DNA of 64,000 nt. It comes from an uncultured Ignavibacteriales bacterium (GTDB lineage Bacteria > Zixibacteria > MSB-5A5 > GN15 > FEB-12). Shown in pieces: positions 18,288-27,865 of the stretch (within the stretch, counting starts at the first letter, position 1; each line of letters begins with the position of its first letter). The stretch spans positions 186,001-250,000 of the forward strand of contig CAYXJN010000004.1 in NCBI GenBank assembly GCA_964464605.1. Direction: 5' to 3'. The notes under the pieces are model-generated. The model had not been told where the DNA came from. It was given only the letters and a program-made list of their open reading frames with translations, and did no database searches. Both the position numbers and the translations under genes were made by a program.

Positions 18288-20744
18288 ATGATAATACGAG
18301 CCAAAACGACCATACCTGCCCCTGAATCCGGCAAAGCCTCGACTCGCCCGATTCTCCCGCTTCGTTCCGGTGTCCTATTCCCCGGAACGGTGTTGACCTT
18401 GCATATCAGCCGTCCGGATAATGTCAGCCTGATTAATGCCTGCTCTGCGAATAAAGAATCTTTTGTCGCTTCGTTCACCTTAGCAAATTCCGAAAATGGT
18501 TCCGCAACACCGATTCACCAGGTCGGTGTGCTTGCCCGTTTGGTCGATACCCGTCCGGATAAACATGGTCCGATGGTCGTCACCATTGAAGGAACAAAAC
18601 GGGTTTCGATTAATGAAATCGCTCATACGACTCCATACTTGCAGGGAATCGTTACCGAAATTCCGGAAAAAGCCGGAAAGCATGAACAGTTCACGGCCAT
18701 CATCGAACAGATTTTAGCCGCAGTTCGGGACATTATCGCGATCGACCCGACCTATTCATCTGAACAGGTTCGGTTGTTGGAACAGCATATTGATACTCCG
18801 TCGATTTTTGCCGACCGCGCTGCTGCGCTGTTTCATTTGCCGTTGACCAACAAACAGGAACTTTTGGAGACGGTGAATATCGAAAAGCGGCTTGAACTGT
18901 TACTGGTTAATCTCAAAGAAGAATTAAATCAGGTTTCGGTTTTGCACTCGATCCGTGACCGGGTAGAGCAGAATATCGAAGAGGACAGAAAAAAATATTT
19001 CCTTCGTCAGCAGGTCAACGAAATCCGCCGACAGTTAGGGGAGGATGTCACCGAGGAGCGCGACCTTGTCCGCTTACGCTCGGTTCTTGCCGGTATTTCT
19101 ACAATGTCGCCGGAAGCCGCCAGCCGTGCCGCAATTGAACTTGATCGTCTCACGCAGTTGTCGACTGCCTCAGCCGAGTACGGCGTTACCAAAAATTATC
19201 TCGATTGGTTATTGAGTCTGCCCTGGGGGAAATTTTCGGCGGAAGATTACGCCATTGCCGATGTCGAAAAAATACTGAGCACTGAATACTACGGTCCCTC
19301 GGCGTTAAAAGAGCAAATTCTCCAGCGGATATCTGTTCGCAAACTGTTAGGCGGAACGCAGGAAGGCCCGACCCTTTGTATGGTCGGTGCACCGGGAACC
19401 GGTAAAGCGGCCTTGGCGCGCGCAATAGCCCGGTCGATGAAGAAAGAATTTATTCGTATCTCCGTCGGCGGTGTATCCGACATCACTGAGCTCAAGGGAG
19501 CGCCGCGAACATTTTTAGGGGCAATGCCCGGAAAAATTATGCGGGCGCTGCGCGATGCCGGCTCGTCCGATCCGGTCATTCTGCTTGAGGATATCGATTA
19601 TTTCAACGTCGATAATAATTCCTCAGTCAACATGGCGCTCTTGGATGCTATCGATACGCGCAGAAACTCACGCTTTTTAGACAATTACTTAGGCGTCCCG
19701 TTTGATTTAAGCAAAGTGCTGTTTATCTGTTCCGTTCGTTCATTCGAAGAGATTCCGGAAGCGTTTATTCCCCGGTTCGAATTGCTTGAGTTGCCGGGAT
19801 ATATCGAAAAAGAAAAAATTGCCATTGCCCGGAAATATATTATTCCGAAACTGCTCAAACAGCACGGCATCACCAAATCGGAAGTCCATTTTACCGGCAG
19901 CGTGCTTTCCAAAATTATTCATTCCTATACGCAGGAAGCCGGACTGCTCGGGTGTTCGCAGCAAATTGAACGTATTTGCCGTAAAATTGCCCTGCAAAAA
20001 ACTCAGGGGCATAAGCATGTTTGGAATGTGACAGAAAAGAATTTAGAATCCTTTCTCGGTTCACCAACCTTCATCCTGGAAAAAGCAGAAGCGAAACCGG
20101 AGATCGGTACCGCTGCCGGATTGGCATGGACCGGGGCGGGCGGTGATTTAATGTTCATCGAGGGCTTAAAGATGAAAGGGGAGGGACAGATTATCACGAC
20201 CGGTTCACTCGGTGAAGTGATGCGTGAATCAATTCAGGCCGCCCACTCATACGTCCGCTCAAAATCCGATATGCTGGCGATTGATTTTGCCGACTTCAAT
20301 CAGTTCGATATTCATATTCACTTTCCGTCGGGAGCTATCCCTAAAGACGGCCCTTCTGCCGGTGCCGCTGTCTGTTTGGTTATCGCATCGGTAATGTCGG
20401 AACGTCCGATTCGGAATGATATCGCCATGACCGGTGAAGTAACCTTGCGCGGCCGCGTATTGCCGGTCGCCGGTATCAAAGAGAAAGTTTCGGCGGCGTA
20501 TCGCGCCGGAATTTCACATGTTGCTCTGCCGAAAGAAAACCAAAAGGATGTTAAAAATCTTCCTAAAGATATTCTGCGTAAGATCAATTTCTCATTTATT
20601 GATCGTGTCGATGAATTGTTCGCGATTTGTTTGATGGATTTCACGCCGTCAGCCTATACGCTTGAAAAAATCTTCACCGAAGAAATCGAAAAAGCAAAAC
20701 GTCGTCGCCGTCAGCAAAAGGCACGCCTGGCGCGTCGTCACTGA
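18288..20744 (+). CDS. lon: Lon (endopeptidase La) homolog with degenerate AAA+ motifs
   Basis: Lon N domain LPLRSGVLFPG; protease PKDGPSAG (Ser) and GIKEK (Lys) intact; Walker A GAPGTGKAA and Walker B ILLEDID are non-canonical. Confidence 0.9.
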   Translation: MIIRAKTTIPAPESGKASTRPILPLRSGVLFPGTVLTLHISRPDNVSLINACSANKESFVASFTLANSENGSATPIHQVGVLARLVDTRPDKHGPMVVTIEGTKRVSINEIAHTTPYLQGIVTEIPEKAGKHEQFTAIIEQILAAVRDIIAIDPTYSSEQVRLLEQHIDTPSIFADRAAALFHLPLTNKQELLETVNIEKRLELLLVNLKEELNQVSVLHSIRDRVEQNIEEDRKKYFLRQQVNEIRRQLGEDVTEERDLVRLRSVLAGISTMSPEAASRAAIELDRLTQLSTASAEYGVTKNYLDWLLSLPWGKFSAEDYAIADVEKILSTEYYGPSALKEQILQRISVRKLLGGTQEGPTLCMVGAPGTGKAALARAIARSMKKEFIRISVGGVSDITELKGAPRTFLGAMPGKIMRALRDAGSSDPVILLEDIDYFNVDNNSSVNMALLDAIDTRRNSRFLDNYLGVPFDLSKVLFICSVRSFEEIPEAFIPRFELLELPGYIEKEKIAIARKYIIPKLLKQHGITKSEVHFTGSVLSKIIHSYTQEAGLLGCSQQIERICRKIALQKTQGHKHVWNVTEKNLESFLGSPTFILEKAEAKPEIGTAAGLAWTGAGGDLMFIEGLKMKGEGQIITTGSLGEVMRESIQAAHSYVRSKSDMLAIDFADFNQFDIHIHFPSGAIPKDGPSAGAAVCLVIASVMSERPIRNDIAMTGEVTLRGRVLPVAGIKEKVSAAYRAGISHVALPKENQKDVKNLPKDILRKINFSFIDRVDELFAICLMDFTPSAYTLEKIFTEEIEKAKRRRRQQKARLARRH

Positions 20745-20776
20745 CCGTCGTTCATACCCTTCCCCCTCATTTTCGC

Positions 20777-20806
20777 TTGACAATCGCATGCGAGTGCGGC
20801 TATGTT
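20777..20806 (+). promoter_or_regulatory. Putative sigma70 promoter, implying a leader of about 255 nt
   Basis: TTGACA-N18-TATGTT. Confidence 0.45.
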
Positions 20807-21069
20807 ACAGGGAGTATTCACGCCCACGCATCCGTCATTAGTAGTTACAGAATTCGCTGGTTTGGTTGTCATCGCATGATTGCCGGAGTAGTGGAGTTTG
20901 GAAATGTCAGCAACGGGAGTAAGGTACGCGCACTACCATCACATTCTCGCGAACGAGCAGGCAGAGCTTACCGATGATCGGGAAAGCAGGTGTCGTGGGT
21001 TTATTTCGTTTACCATCATTTTTGATACATTCTGTTCAGAACTTAGAAACCCGCATGGAGGCTTGAGGT

Positions 21070-23415
21070 ATGGCTAAGAAGTTGTTCGGATTGGTGTTTG
21101 GCATCGTAATGTGGGTTGCAGGCTCTGCGACTGCGCAGTTCACACAAAGTCCGGCTGATTCAGGGGCTGCCGATTCACTCATTATGGTGTATTCGGTGAT
21201 TCCCGACGTTACCACCAGTCAATTCAAGTTCCGGATGGACTTGTACTATTTTAATGACGCGAACAAATACATCGGGGCCGGTGTTGGATTCAAGTGGGAC
21301 AATATCAACATGCAGATGGACAGCGCGAAAGCAACGCCGATGATGGTGACCGCATTCGATGGCGGCCGGTTCTTTTATGAGGGGAACAACATAAACACTA
21401 CCAATCTGAACCGTCGTTTTCAGTTTGCCGGTTTCCAGCAGACCGGCCCCGGATTTTTGCCGGGTGCGAATAGACAGCTTTGGGCGAGTTATTACTTCAC
21501 GCTATCGAATTGGTCATTGACCGATTCAATCTGTCTGGACACGATGGTTTTCAGTGGCGGTACCGCGTACGAATTTCTTATTGAAACGAACAACGATGTT
21601 GTTGCACCGTATTTTGACGGACATTCCTGTGCCTTCGATACTGCTTATACACCACCCTCAGCGATTGTTTTAACTCAGGACTCACTGCATTTTTCCGGCA
21701 TAGCCGGCGGATCAAACCCGCCGGGACAAACTTTCCAGGTGCAGTCTGATAATGCGAATTTTCCTTTTACCCTGACAGAAACCAGCAGTTGGATGGTGGT
21801 GAATCCGCTGGTGGGAACGACTCCGAAAACGATTAACGTGTCGGCGAATATCACCGCACTTCCGGCCGGGAATTACAAGGATTCAATTTTAGTCTCTGCG
21901 CCAACCTCGACAAATTCTCCACAATACGTAGTTGTTACGCTCAGTCTGGTACCACCGCCACCGACAATCTCGGCGACACCGAGCACATTCATTTTTAACG
22001 GCATAGCCAACGGCTCAAATCCCGCATCGCAGACGCTGACGATCAAAAATACCGGCGGATCAACATTGAATTGGACGGTGGCAAACAGCCAGCCCTGGCT
22101 GGATTTGGCGCCGACAAGCGGCACTGACAGCGGTGGGGTTGTTGTGTCAATTGACAATACCGGTCTTGTTACCGGAACCTACACGGACACGATTGTCATT
22201 ACCGATCCGGCGGCGTCGAACAATCCGGTGAAACGCCCGGTGACGCTTAATCTGGGCAGTGATTTGCCTTCTATTGTTGCTCCCAGCAACATTACCATTG
22301 TCGTCGACAATGATTCCTCAACCATCGGTCCGCGTACGTTTGAAATTACCAACGGCGGTATCGGTACGCTGACCTTTACACTTTCAGAAACATCGCCCCG
22401 TATTCTGTCAGTAACTCCAAGCAGTGGTACGGCACCGCAGTCGATAACGGTGGATTTTAAGCTCATTGGCGGCAGCTTCCAAAATGATTATTTCGATACC
22501 CTCTGGATAACCTCGCCAGAAGCGACCAATTCGCCCTACCCGGTTGAGTTTTTTCTGCACTATATCAATAATCCGGCGATTCTGGCCGTGAGTGAAGACA
22601 CGATTGATTTACGGGTCTACGAATGTTCGCAGGGACAGGGGAATAGTCTGCCGACTGTTCTGTTCTCAGTAACAAATATCGGATTGGACAATCCGCAGGC
22701 ATTTAGTCTCACGTATGAATCTGACTTGTTCCAAACTGATATTACCAATGGAGAATTACCATCGCTTGTTGAAGTCGCAGCAAAAAATCCCGGGCTGCCG
22801 GTCGGCGTATACTACGATACTATTATCGTAACGGCGCCGGTTGCGTTAGGCAGTCCGAAACTGGTTATCGTACGGTACACCATGAGCGCTGGTACTATTC
22901 AACCGCAAGCGCTACTCAGCGGCCTTGATTTTACTGTTCCGACTCAGGAAAATGAAGGGCCGCTTTTGGGTTCTGCGCTTGTTATTGAAAATAAGTATGG
23001 CGGCTGTATGCCCTGGCACATTGTGGAAACGATACCATGGTTGTCTTTCGGTTCAACCAGTGGTGATGTAGCCGGCGCAACCAGTATGATTATTGATGCA
23101 ACAGGATTCGTTTTTGGGCAATACCCGGATTCGTTTAAGGTTGTTACGCCTGGGGCAGTACATGACACCACCGTGGTGAAGATTAAGATGGTGGTCTGGA
23201 AATTCTTCGGTGATGTCAATTACGATAAGAAAATTACGGTGGCAGACTTAGTCTATCTGGTGCAGTATCTGTTTAACGGCGGACCGGTACCAAAACCTGA
23301 GCGGCGTGTCGGCGACGTAAACTGCGACCGTTTCCCGACTGTTCAGGACTTGGTCTACATGGTACAGTACATGTATAATAACGGGCCGATACCTTGCGGG
23401 AATCCGTTTAAGTAG
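21070..23415 (+). CDS. Secreted surface protein: N-terminal beta-sandwich (possibly cohesin-like), several BACON/Ig-like repeats, C-terminal dockerin-like domain
   Basis: SD GGAGG and a signal peptide; repeats such as NPASQTLTIKNTGGSTLNWTVANSQPWLDLAPTSG; ends GDVNYDKKITVADLVYLVQYLFNGGP..GDVNCDRFPTVQDLVYMVQYMYNNGPIPC. Confidence 0.8.
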   Translation: MAKKLFGLVFGIVMWVAGSATAQFTQSPADSGAADSLIMVYSVIPDVTTSQFKFRMDLYYFNDANKYIGAGVGFKWDNINMQMDSAKATPMMVTAFDGGRFFYEGNNINTTNLNRRFQFAGFQQTGPGFLPGANRQLWASYYFTLSNWSLTDSICLDTMVFSGGTAYEFLIETNNDVVAPYFDGHSCAFDTAYTPPSAIVLTQDSLHFSGIAGGSNPPGQTFQVQSDNANFPFTLTETSSWMVVNPLVGTTPKTINVSANITALPAGNYKDSILVSAPTSTNSPQYVVVTLSLVPPPPTISATPSTFIFNGIANGSNPASQTLTIKNTGGSTLNWTVANSQPWLDLAPTSGTDSGGVVVSIDNTGLVTGTYTDTIVITDPAASNNPVKRPVTLNLGSDLPSIVAPSNITIVVDNDSSTIGPRTFEITNGGIGTLTFTLSETSPRILSVTPSSGTAPQSITVDFKLIGGSFQNDYFDTLWITSPEATNSPYPVEFFLHYINNPAILAVSEDTIDLRVYECSQGQGNSLPTVLFSVTNIGLDNPQAFSLTYESDLFQTDITNGELPSLVEVAAKNPGLPVGVYYDTIIVTAPVALGSPKLVIVRYTMSAGTIQPQALLSGLDFTVPTQENEGPLLGSALVIENKYGGCMPWHIVETIPWLSFGSTSGDVAGATSMIIDATGFVFGQYPDSFKVVTPGAVHDTTVVKIKMVVWKFFGDVNYDKKITVADLVYLVQYLFNGGPVPKPERRVGDVNCDRFPTVQDLVYMVQYMYNNGPIPCGNPFK

Positions 23416-23431
23416 CAAAATCTTGGGGTGG

Positions 23432-23469
23432 AAAAGGCGCCGCACCGTAACAGGTGAGGCGCCTTTTTT
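23432..23469 (+). terminator. Intrinsic terminator
   Basis: AAAAGGCGCC..GGCGCCTTTTTT hairpin with a U tract. Confidence 0.8.
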
Positions 23470-23538
23470 ATTGGCTGTGTCTCGGTTTTTTCGTATGCTT
23501 GAACCTCGATGGTTCCATGCCCGGAAGGCGGGTCAAAT

Positions 23539-24858
23539 ATGCGCCAAGAAAAACAGGTCAACACGTTCCATATCACTACATTCGGCTGCCAGATGAACGC
23601 CGCCGATTCGTCGACTTTGGCTGCTACGCTGACTACGCGCGGATACCGCCGGGTGGAGGATGAATCCAAAGCTGACCTGCTGATTCTTAATACCTGTTCA
23701 ATCCGTGAAACGGCCGAACAGCGGGTGTATGGGCGGTTGGGGGATATCTACCGGTACAAGAAACGTAAACCGAATCTCAAAGTCGCTGTCGTCGGCTGCA
23801 TGGCACAGCGGTTAGGAGATGCTTTAATCCAGCAGGTACCGCACGTCGATTATGTGCTCGGCACCGATCGTTTATTTGAACTGCCGGATGTACTGGAAGG
23901 GCAGGAAGGAATCAAATCGGTTATGACCGCCTTCGGTCATGAAAACATGGATTCGATTCTCCCGATCAAAGAGACGCCATACTCAGGGTTCGTAACGATT
24001 TCCCGCGGTTGCGATAATTACTGCACCTATTGTATTGTGCCATATGTGCGCGGCAAAGAGCGTGAACATTCGGCGGATTATATTGTCGATGCGGTCAAGA
24101 AGATGGTTGATGAGGGAGTGGTTGAAGTTATGCTCCTCGGCCAGAACGTGAACAGCTATAAATACGAAAAAACCGATTTCCCCGATTTACTTTCGCGCGT
24201 TGCGAAAGAAACCGGTATTCAACGGATTCGGTACATGACTTCCCATCCGAAAGATATGTCGAAAAAACTGATCGATTTGATGGCCGATGAACCGAAGCTC
24301 ATGCCGCAGATCCATCTGCCGTTGCAATCAGGATCGAATCGGGTGCTTGAGGTAATGGGACGTATTTACACGTTTCAGCATTACATGAAGATGGTGTCGT
24401 ATATCTACAAGAAACTCGACTATGTTTCGTTGACGACTGATTTGATCGTCGGTTATCCGACCGAAACAGAAGCAGAGTTTCAGGAAACACTCAACGCGGT
24501 CCAAGAGATTCAGTATGACAGCGCTTATATGTTCAAATACTCTTCCCGACCGGGAACGGTTGCGTCGCGGATTCCTGATGATGTTCCCGAACCGGTCAAA
24601 CTCGAACGTTTGGATCGATTGATTTCTTTGCAGCAGCAGATCGGGTATGAACGGAATCAGCGGGATGTCGGTACGACCTGCATGAGTTTGGTCGAAGGAG
24701 TCTCCCGTAAACATGCCGAAAAACAGCGGGCCAAAACTGAAGCGAACAAAACAGTATTGTTTCACAACAGTGAAACTCCGGTCGGCAGTATTATTCCGGT
24801 TCGCATCACTGCGGCAGACGCCTTCACCCTGCATGGGGAAGTAGTAGGAATAAACTGA
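23539..24858 (+). CDS. miaB: tRNA-2-methylthio-N6-dimethylallyladenosine synthase MiaB
   Basis: TFGCQMN, NTCSIRETAE, GCMAQ, radical SAM CDNYCTYC, LLGQNVNSY, C-terminal TRAM domain. Confidence 0.95.
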   Translation: MRQEKQVNTFHITTFGCQMNAADSSTLAATLTTRGYRRVEDESKADLLILNTCSIRETAEQRVYGRLGDIYRYKKRKPNLKVAVVGCMAQRLGDALIQQVPHVDYVLGTDRLFELPDVLEGQEGIKSVMTAFGHENMDSILPIKETPYSGFVTISRGCDNYCTYCIVPYVRGKEREHSADYIVDAVKKMVDEGVVEVMLLGQNVNSYKYEKTDFPDLLSRVAKETGIQRIRYMTSHPKDMSKKLIDLMADEPKLMPQIHLPLQSGSNRVLEVMGRIYTFQHYMKMVSYIYKKLDYVSLTTDLIVGYPTETEAEFQETLNAVQEIQYDSAYMFKYSSRPGTVASRIPDDVPEPVKLERLDRLISLQQQIGYERNQRDVGTTCMSLVEGVSRKHAEKQRAKTEANKTVLFHNSETPVGSIIPVRITAADAFTLHGEVVGIN

Positions 24859-27782
24859 TGAACCTCTGGCTGGCGATACTCTTCCCGCTGTTTACGCTGG
24901 CCGTGAGTATCTATCTGTTTGTCCGGCTGCGGTTGTTCAGCGATGAAAAACCGAATGGCCGGGTTCTGTTGTTTGCGGCGGCAGCGCTTGCTGTCGCGAC
25001 GGTGCTATGGCAGGGCGTGAAACCGCTTCCGGCGTTCAGCACCTGGTTTCTGCCAGGTGTCTATCCGATTTTGGAATGGGTGCATCTTGGGCTTATCGTT
25101 CTTGCCGTCGGCTTAGCGGTAGCAGGATTGTTTCGTTATGTCGGCTGGTGGAAAAACCGGCTCGAAGAATATCGTCAGCGGGAATGGGCAAGCGCAGTGT
25201 TGGTTTCACTCTATGAACAATCCCGAGAACCGAAACATCTGCTGGAGTTTCTGAACAGCGCGGTTGGCAGCTGTCTGCATGATGGTGTTGATGCCGCCGC
25301 GATTTTGTTTGTCAACCGTACTCGTCGCCAGTTTGTACTTGCGGCATCAACCGGAATTGCCCGGGAAGAAACTGCACAGCTTGAATATTACCCGCTCGAC
25401 AGAAACCCGCTCGGACAGTCGATAGAATTGGAAGAGCCGCTTATCACCGATACGTTCTTGTTTATCGACCAGGCCGGAACACAAACACCAAGCCGGTTTA
25501 CGGCGTCGATGATTCTTCCGCTCGTATCTGGGCAGGAAAAAGTAGGGGTTCTGGTACTCTTGTCGCAGCAATCGAAAGTATTCGCCCGCAGTCATGTGAA
25601 GGCATTGCAGCCGGTAGCCGGATGGCTCGCTGAGCGAATCCGCGCCGCCCGCTTACTGCGGGAACTGAATACGGCAAAAGAACAGCAGGAGCAAACGACC
25701 CAGGCGCAGATGGAACTGTCGTCCCGTTTACAGCGTGGATTAGCTGCGTCGGTATCACCGCAGCCGCTTCATGAGTTTGCCGAAACTTTGATCGGCTTTG
25801 CGGGGGCGACTGATGTACAATTCTGCGGCTTAGTTGGTGGCAGCGTAACGCTGTTGGGGCACAGTCAACGGGGACAAACCGAATGGTCGGAAAATTATCG
25901 AGCGGCATTGTCGAATGCGTTGGATGGTTCCAAACCGCTCGTTATTAATCAGGAAGGGACATCGGCTGATGGTCGTTCCTATTTAGTCGCTTCGACTGTC
26001 GTATTTCCGGTGCCGTCCGGCAATCAGAAGTTCGCACTGTTATTGCGCCGTGAACATGCCGCTATCACCCTTTCGGAATTAGAACTCAAATATCTTGCTG
26101 TCTTCGGTCAGCTTGCCTATACGCTGTTGCAATATCAACAGGTACAGAATCTCGATTCCGGCAGGCGGAAAGGATTTGATGCCGTCGCACGTCTACTGCG
26201 CAGCGAAACGGTGCCGTCGATTATTCAGGATGCCGGTTATTTCGCCCGCCAATTTGCACCGGTACTGAGAGCGCCGTCGAGTATAATTACCTGTATGCGC
26301 AGCGCCGAAGGATTTCTTGCCCCTGCGGCAGCGGTCGGTATTCCGCTTGAGAAAATTGAGGGCTTCCATTTTGAACCGGCAGAATCGCTCGTCGGAACGG
26401 CGGCGACATCTGCTGAGTTACGATTTGCTGAAGACAGAACAGAAATTCGGAACGCGTTTGATCATCTCGCCATTCCGAATCGGGAAGTTATCAATAAGCT
26501 AACGGCAAATCACGGTATTCCTGATATGCTCGCGGTTTGTCCGCTTGTTGCCAGCGGATCGGTGCATGGATTCTCATTGTTTTTGCTCTATGATGTTTCA
26601 CCTGCGGAACGGGGAGAGTGGCGCCGCTTGCTTACGTTGGCTGCCGGATTATTTTCATTGCGTGCGAGTATCGGTGAGATGCAAAACGCGCCGCACCACC
26701 ACGGCAGTATTACAACTTCAGTAGCCATCGAACCGGCGTTGTTGAATGAATTGAATAATCATTTTTCTATCGTCATTGGCAACGCGGAACTAGCGTCCAA
26801 ACGTGACGACGCAACCGGTGATATCCGCGCTTATTTTACCGGTATTATCGAAGAAACTGAGCATGCGGCTGCCAAAGTGCGCAAGCTGGGTGAAGGGAAA
26901 CCGGAGCAAGCAGCGCATGTGCCGGAAGTTGCTTCATTGGGCGGCGACTTAAACCAAGCCCTGAACAGCCTGCTCTCCGGATCACGAATTTCAGATACGC
27001 TGCACATGATCGCCGGCCGCCCGCGGGAGATATTTACCAAATTAGGAGCCGTATCCGCAATCCAGTTAGCCAGTGACAAGATTGCCCAGTTTGCCTCGGA
27101 AACGGTCCAGCGATTTGCTTCCTTGGCAGAGGATGATGATGTCATTACGCTCTCAACGTACGTTCAGGATGGTTACGCTTTTCTCGATATCTCACGTCAC
27201 CGCAAAAATTTTCCGCCCGTTGAGCCGGTTGCCGGATTTGGAAAATATCTGCTCAGCGCCGAAGCAGCCCGGTTTCGTCCGGCTGATACGTTTTTGAAAA
27301 AAGTAGCAGACGGTGAAACCTGGTATGCTTTCGACAGCTATTCGGCGATACCTTCTTACTTGTCATTTAAGTTCCCGTTAAAAAATCGGGAAGAGCAGAC
27401 CAGCGCAAAAACAGTCCGTATTTTGGCGATTGATGACCAGCCGATTATTCTGGATTTAATCAGTGCAATGTGTATTTCGCTGGGGTACACCGTTCGAACT
27501 GCGCCAACCGGTGAAGAGGGAATACGATTGGTTGAAAAAGAATCATTCGATATGGTTCTCACCGATCTGGCTATGCCCGGCCTTTCCGGTCTGGAAACTG
27601 CCAAACGGATACATGAAATCAGTCCGCGTATGCCGATTGTGCTGGTCACGGGCTGGGAAGCATCCGTTTCCGGTACCGACCTTGCAACTGCGGGAATAGC
27701 CCGTGTCCTCTACAAGCCGTTTCGAATTGAACAACTGACGGAATTGATTCAGTCTTTTGTCGAAAATCGGTCATTTGTGTAA
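24858..27782 (+). CDS. Membrane-anchored GAF-containing hybrid pseudo-histidine kinase with a C-terminal receiver domain
   Basis: About 3 N-terminal TM helices, GAF-like regions, H-box LLNELNN lacking His, eroded HATPase, intact REC (ILAIDDQ..DMVLTDLAMPGLSG..VTG..KPF). Confidence 0.8.
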   Translation: MNLWLAILFPLFTLAVSIYLFVRLRLFSDEKPNGRVLLFAAAALAVATVLWQGVKPLPAFSTWFLPGVYPILEWVHLGLIVLAVGLAVAGLFRYVGWWKNRLEEYRQREWASAVLVSLYEQSREPKHLLEFLNSAVGSCLHDGVDAAAILFVNRTRRQFVLAASTGIAREETAQLEYYPLDRNPLGQSIELEEPLITDTFLFIDQAGTQTPSRFTASMILPLVSGQEKVGVLVLLSQQSKVFARSHVKALQPVAGWLAERIRAARLLRELNTAKEQQEQTTQAQMELSSRLQRGLAASVSPQPLHEFAETLIGFAGATDVQFCGLVGGSVTLLGHSQRGQTEWSENYRAALSNALDGSKPLVINQEGTSADGRSYLVASTVVFPVPSGNQKFALLLRREHAAITLSELELKYLAVFGQLAYTLLQYQQVQNLDSGRRKGFDAVARLLRSETVPSIIQDAGYFARQFAPVLRAPSSIITCMRSAEGFLAPAAAVGIPLEKIEGFHFEPAESLVGTAATSAELRFAEDRTEIRNAFDHLAIPNREVINKLTANHGIPDMLAVCPLVASGSVHGFSLFLLYDVSPAERGEWRRLLTLAAGLFSLRASIGEMQNAPHHHGSITTSVAIEPALLNELNNHFSIVIGNAELASKRDDATGDIRAYFTGIIEETEHAAAKVRKLGEGKPEQAAHVPEVASLGGDLNQALNSLLSGSRISDTLHMIAGRPREIFTKLGAVSAIQLASDKIAQFASETVQRFASLAEDDDVITLSTYVQDGYAFLDISRHRKNFPPVEPVAGFGKYLLSAEAARFRPADTFLKKVADGETWYAFDSYSAIPSYLSFKFPLKNREEQTSAKTVRILAIDDQPIILDLISAMCISLGYTVRTAPTGEEGIRLVEKESFDMVLTDLAMPGLSGLETAKRIHEISPRMPIVLVTGWEASVSGTDLATAGIARVLYKPFRIEQLTELIQSFVENRSFV

Positions 27783-27865
27783 GCATCTTTCGATTCCCGC
27801 TTAACTCTCAGCCGCAAGCTTCCGATGATACTTTCTAAGATAGTACTCACCCGGAAGGTAAGGCG

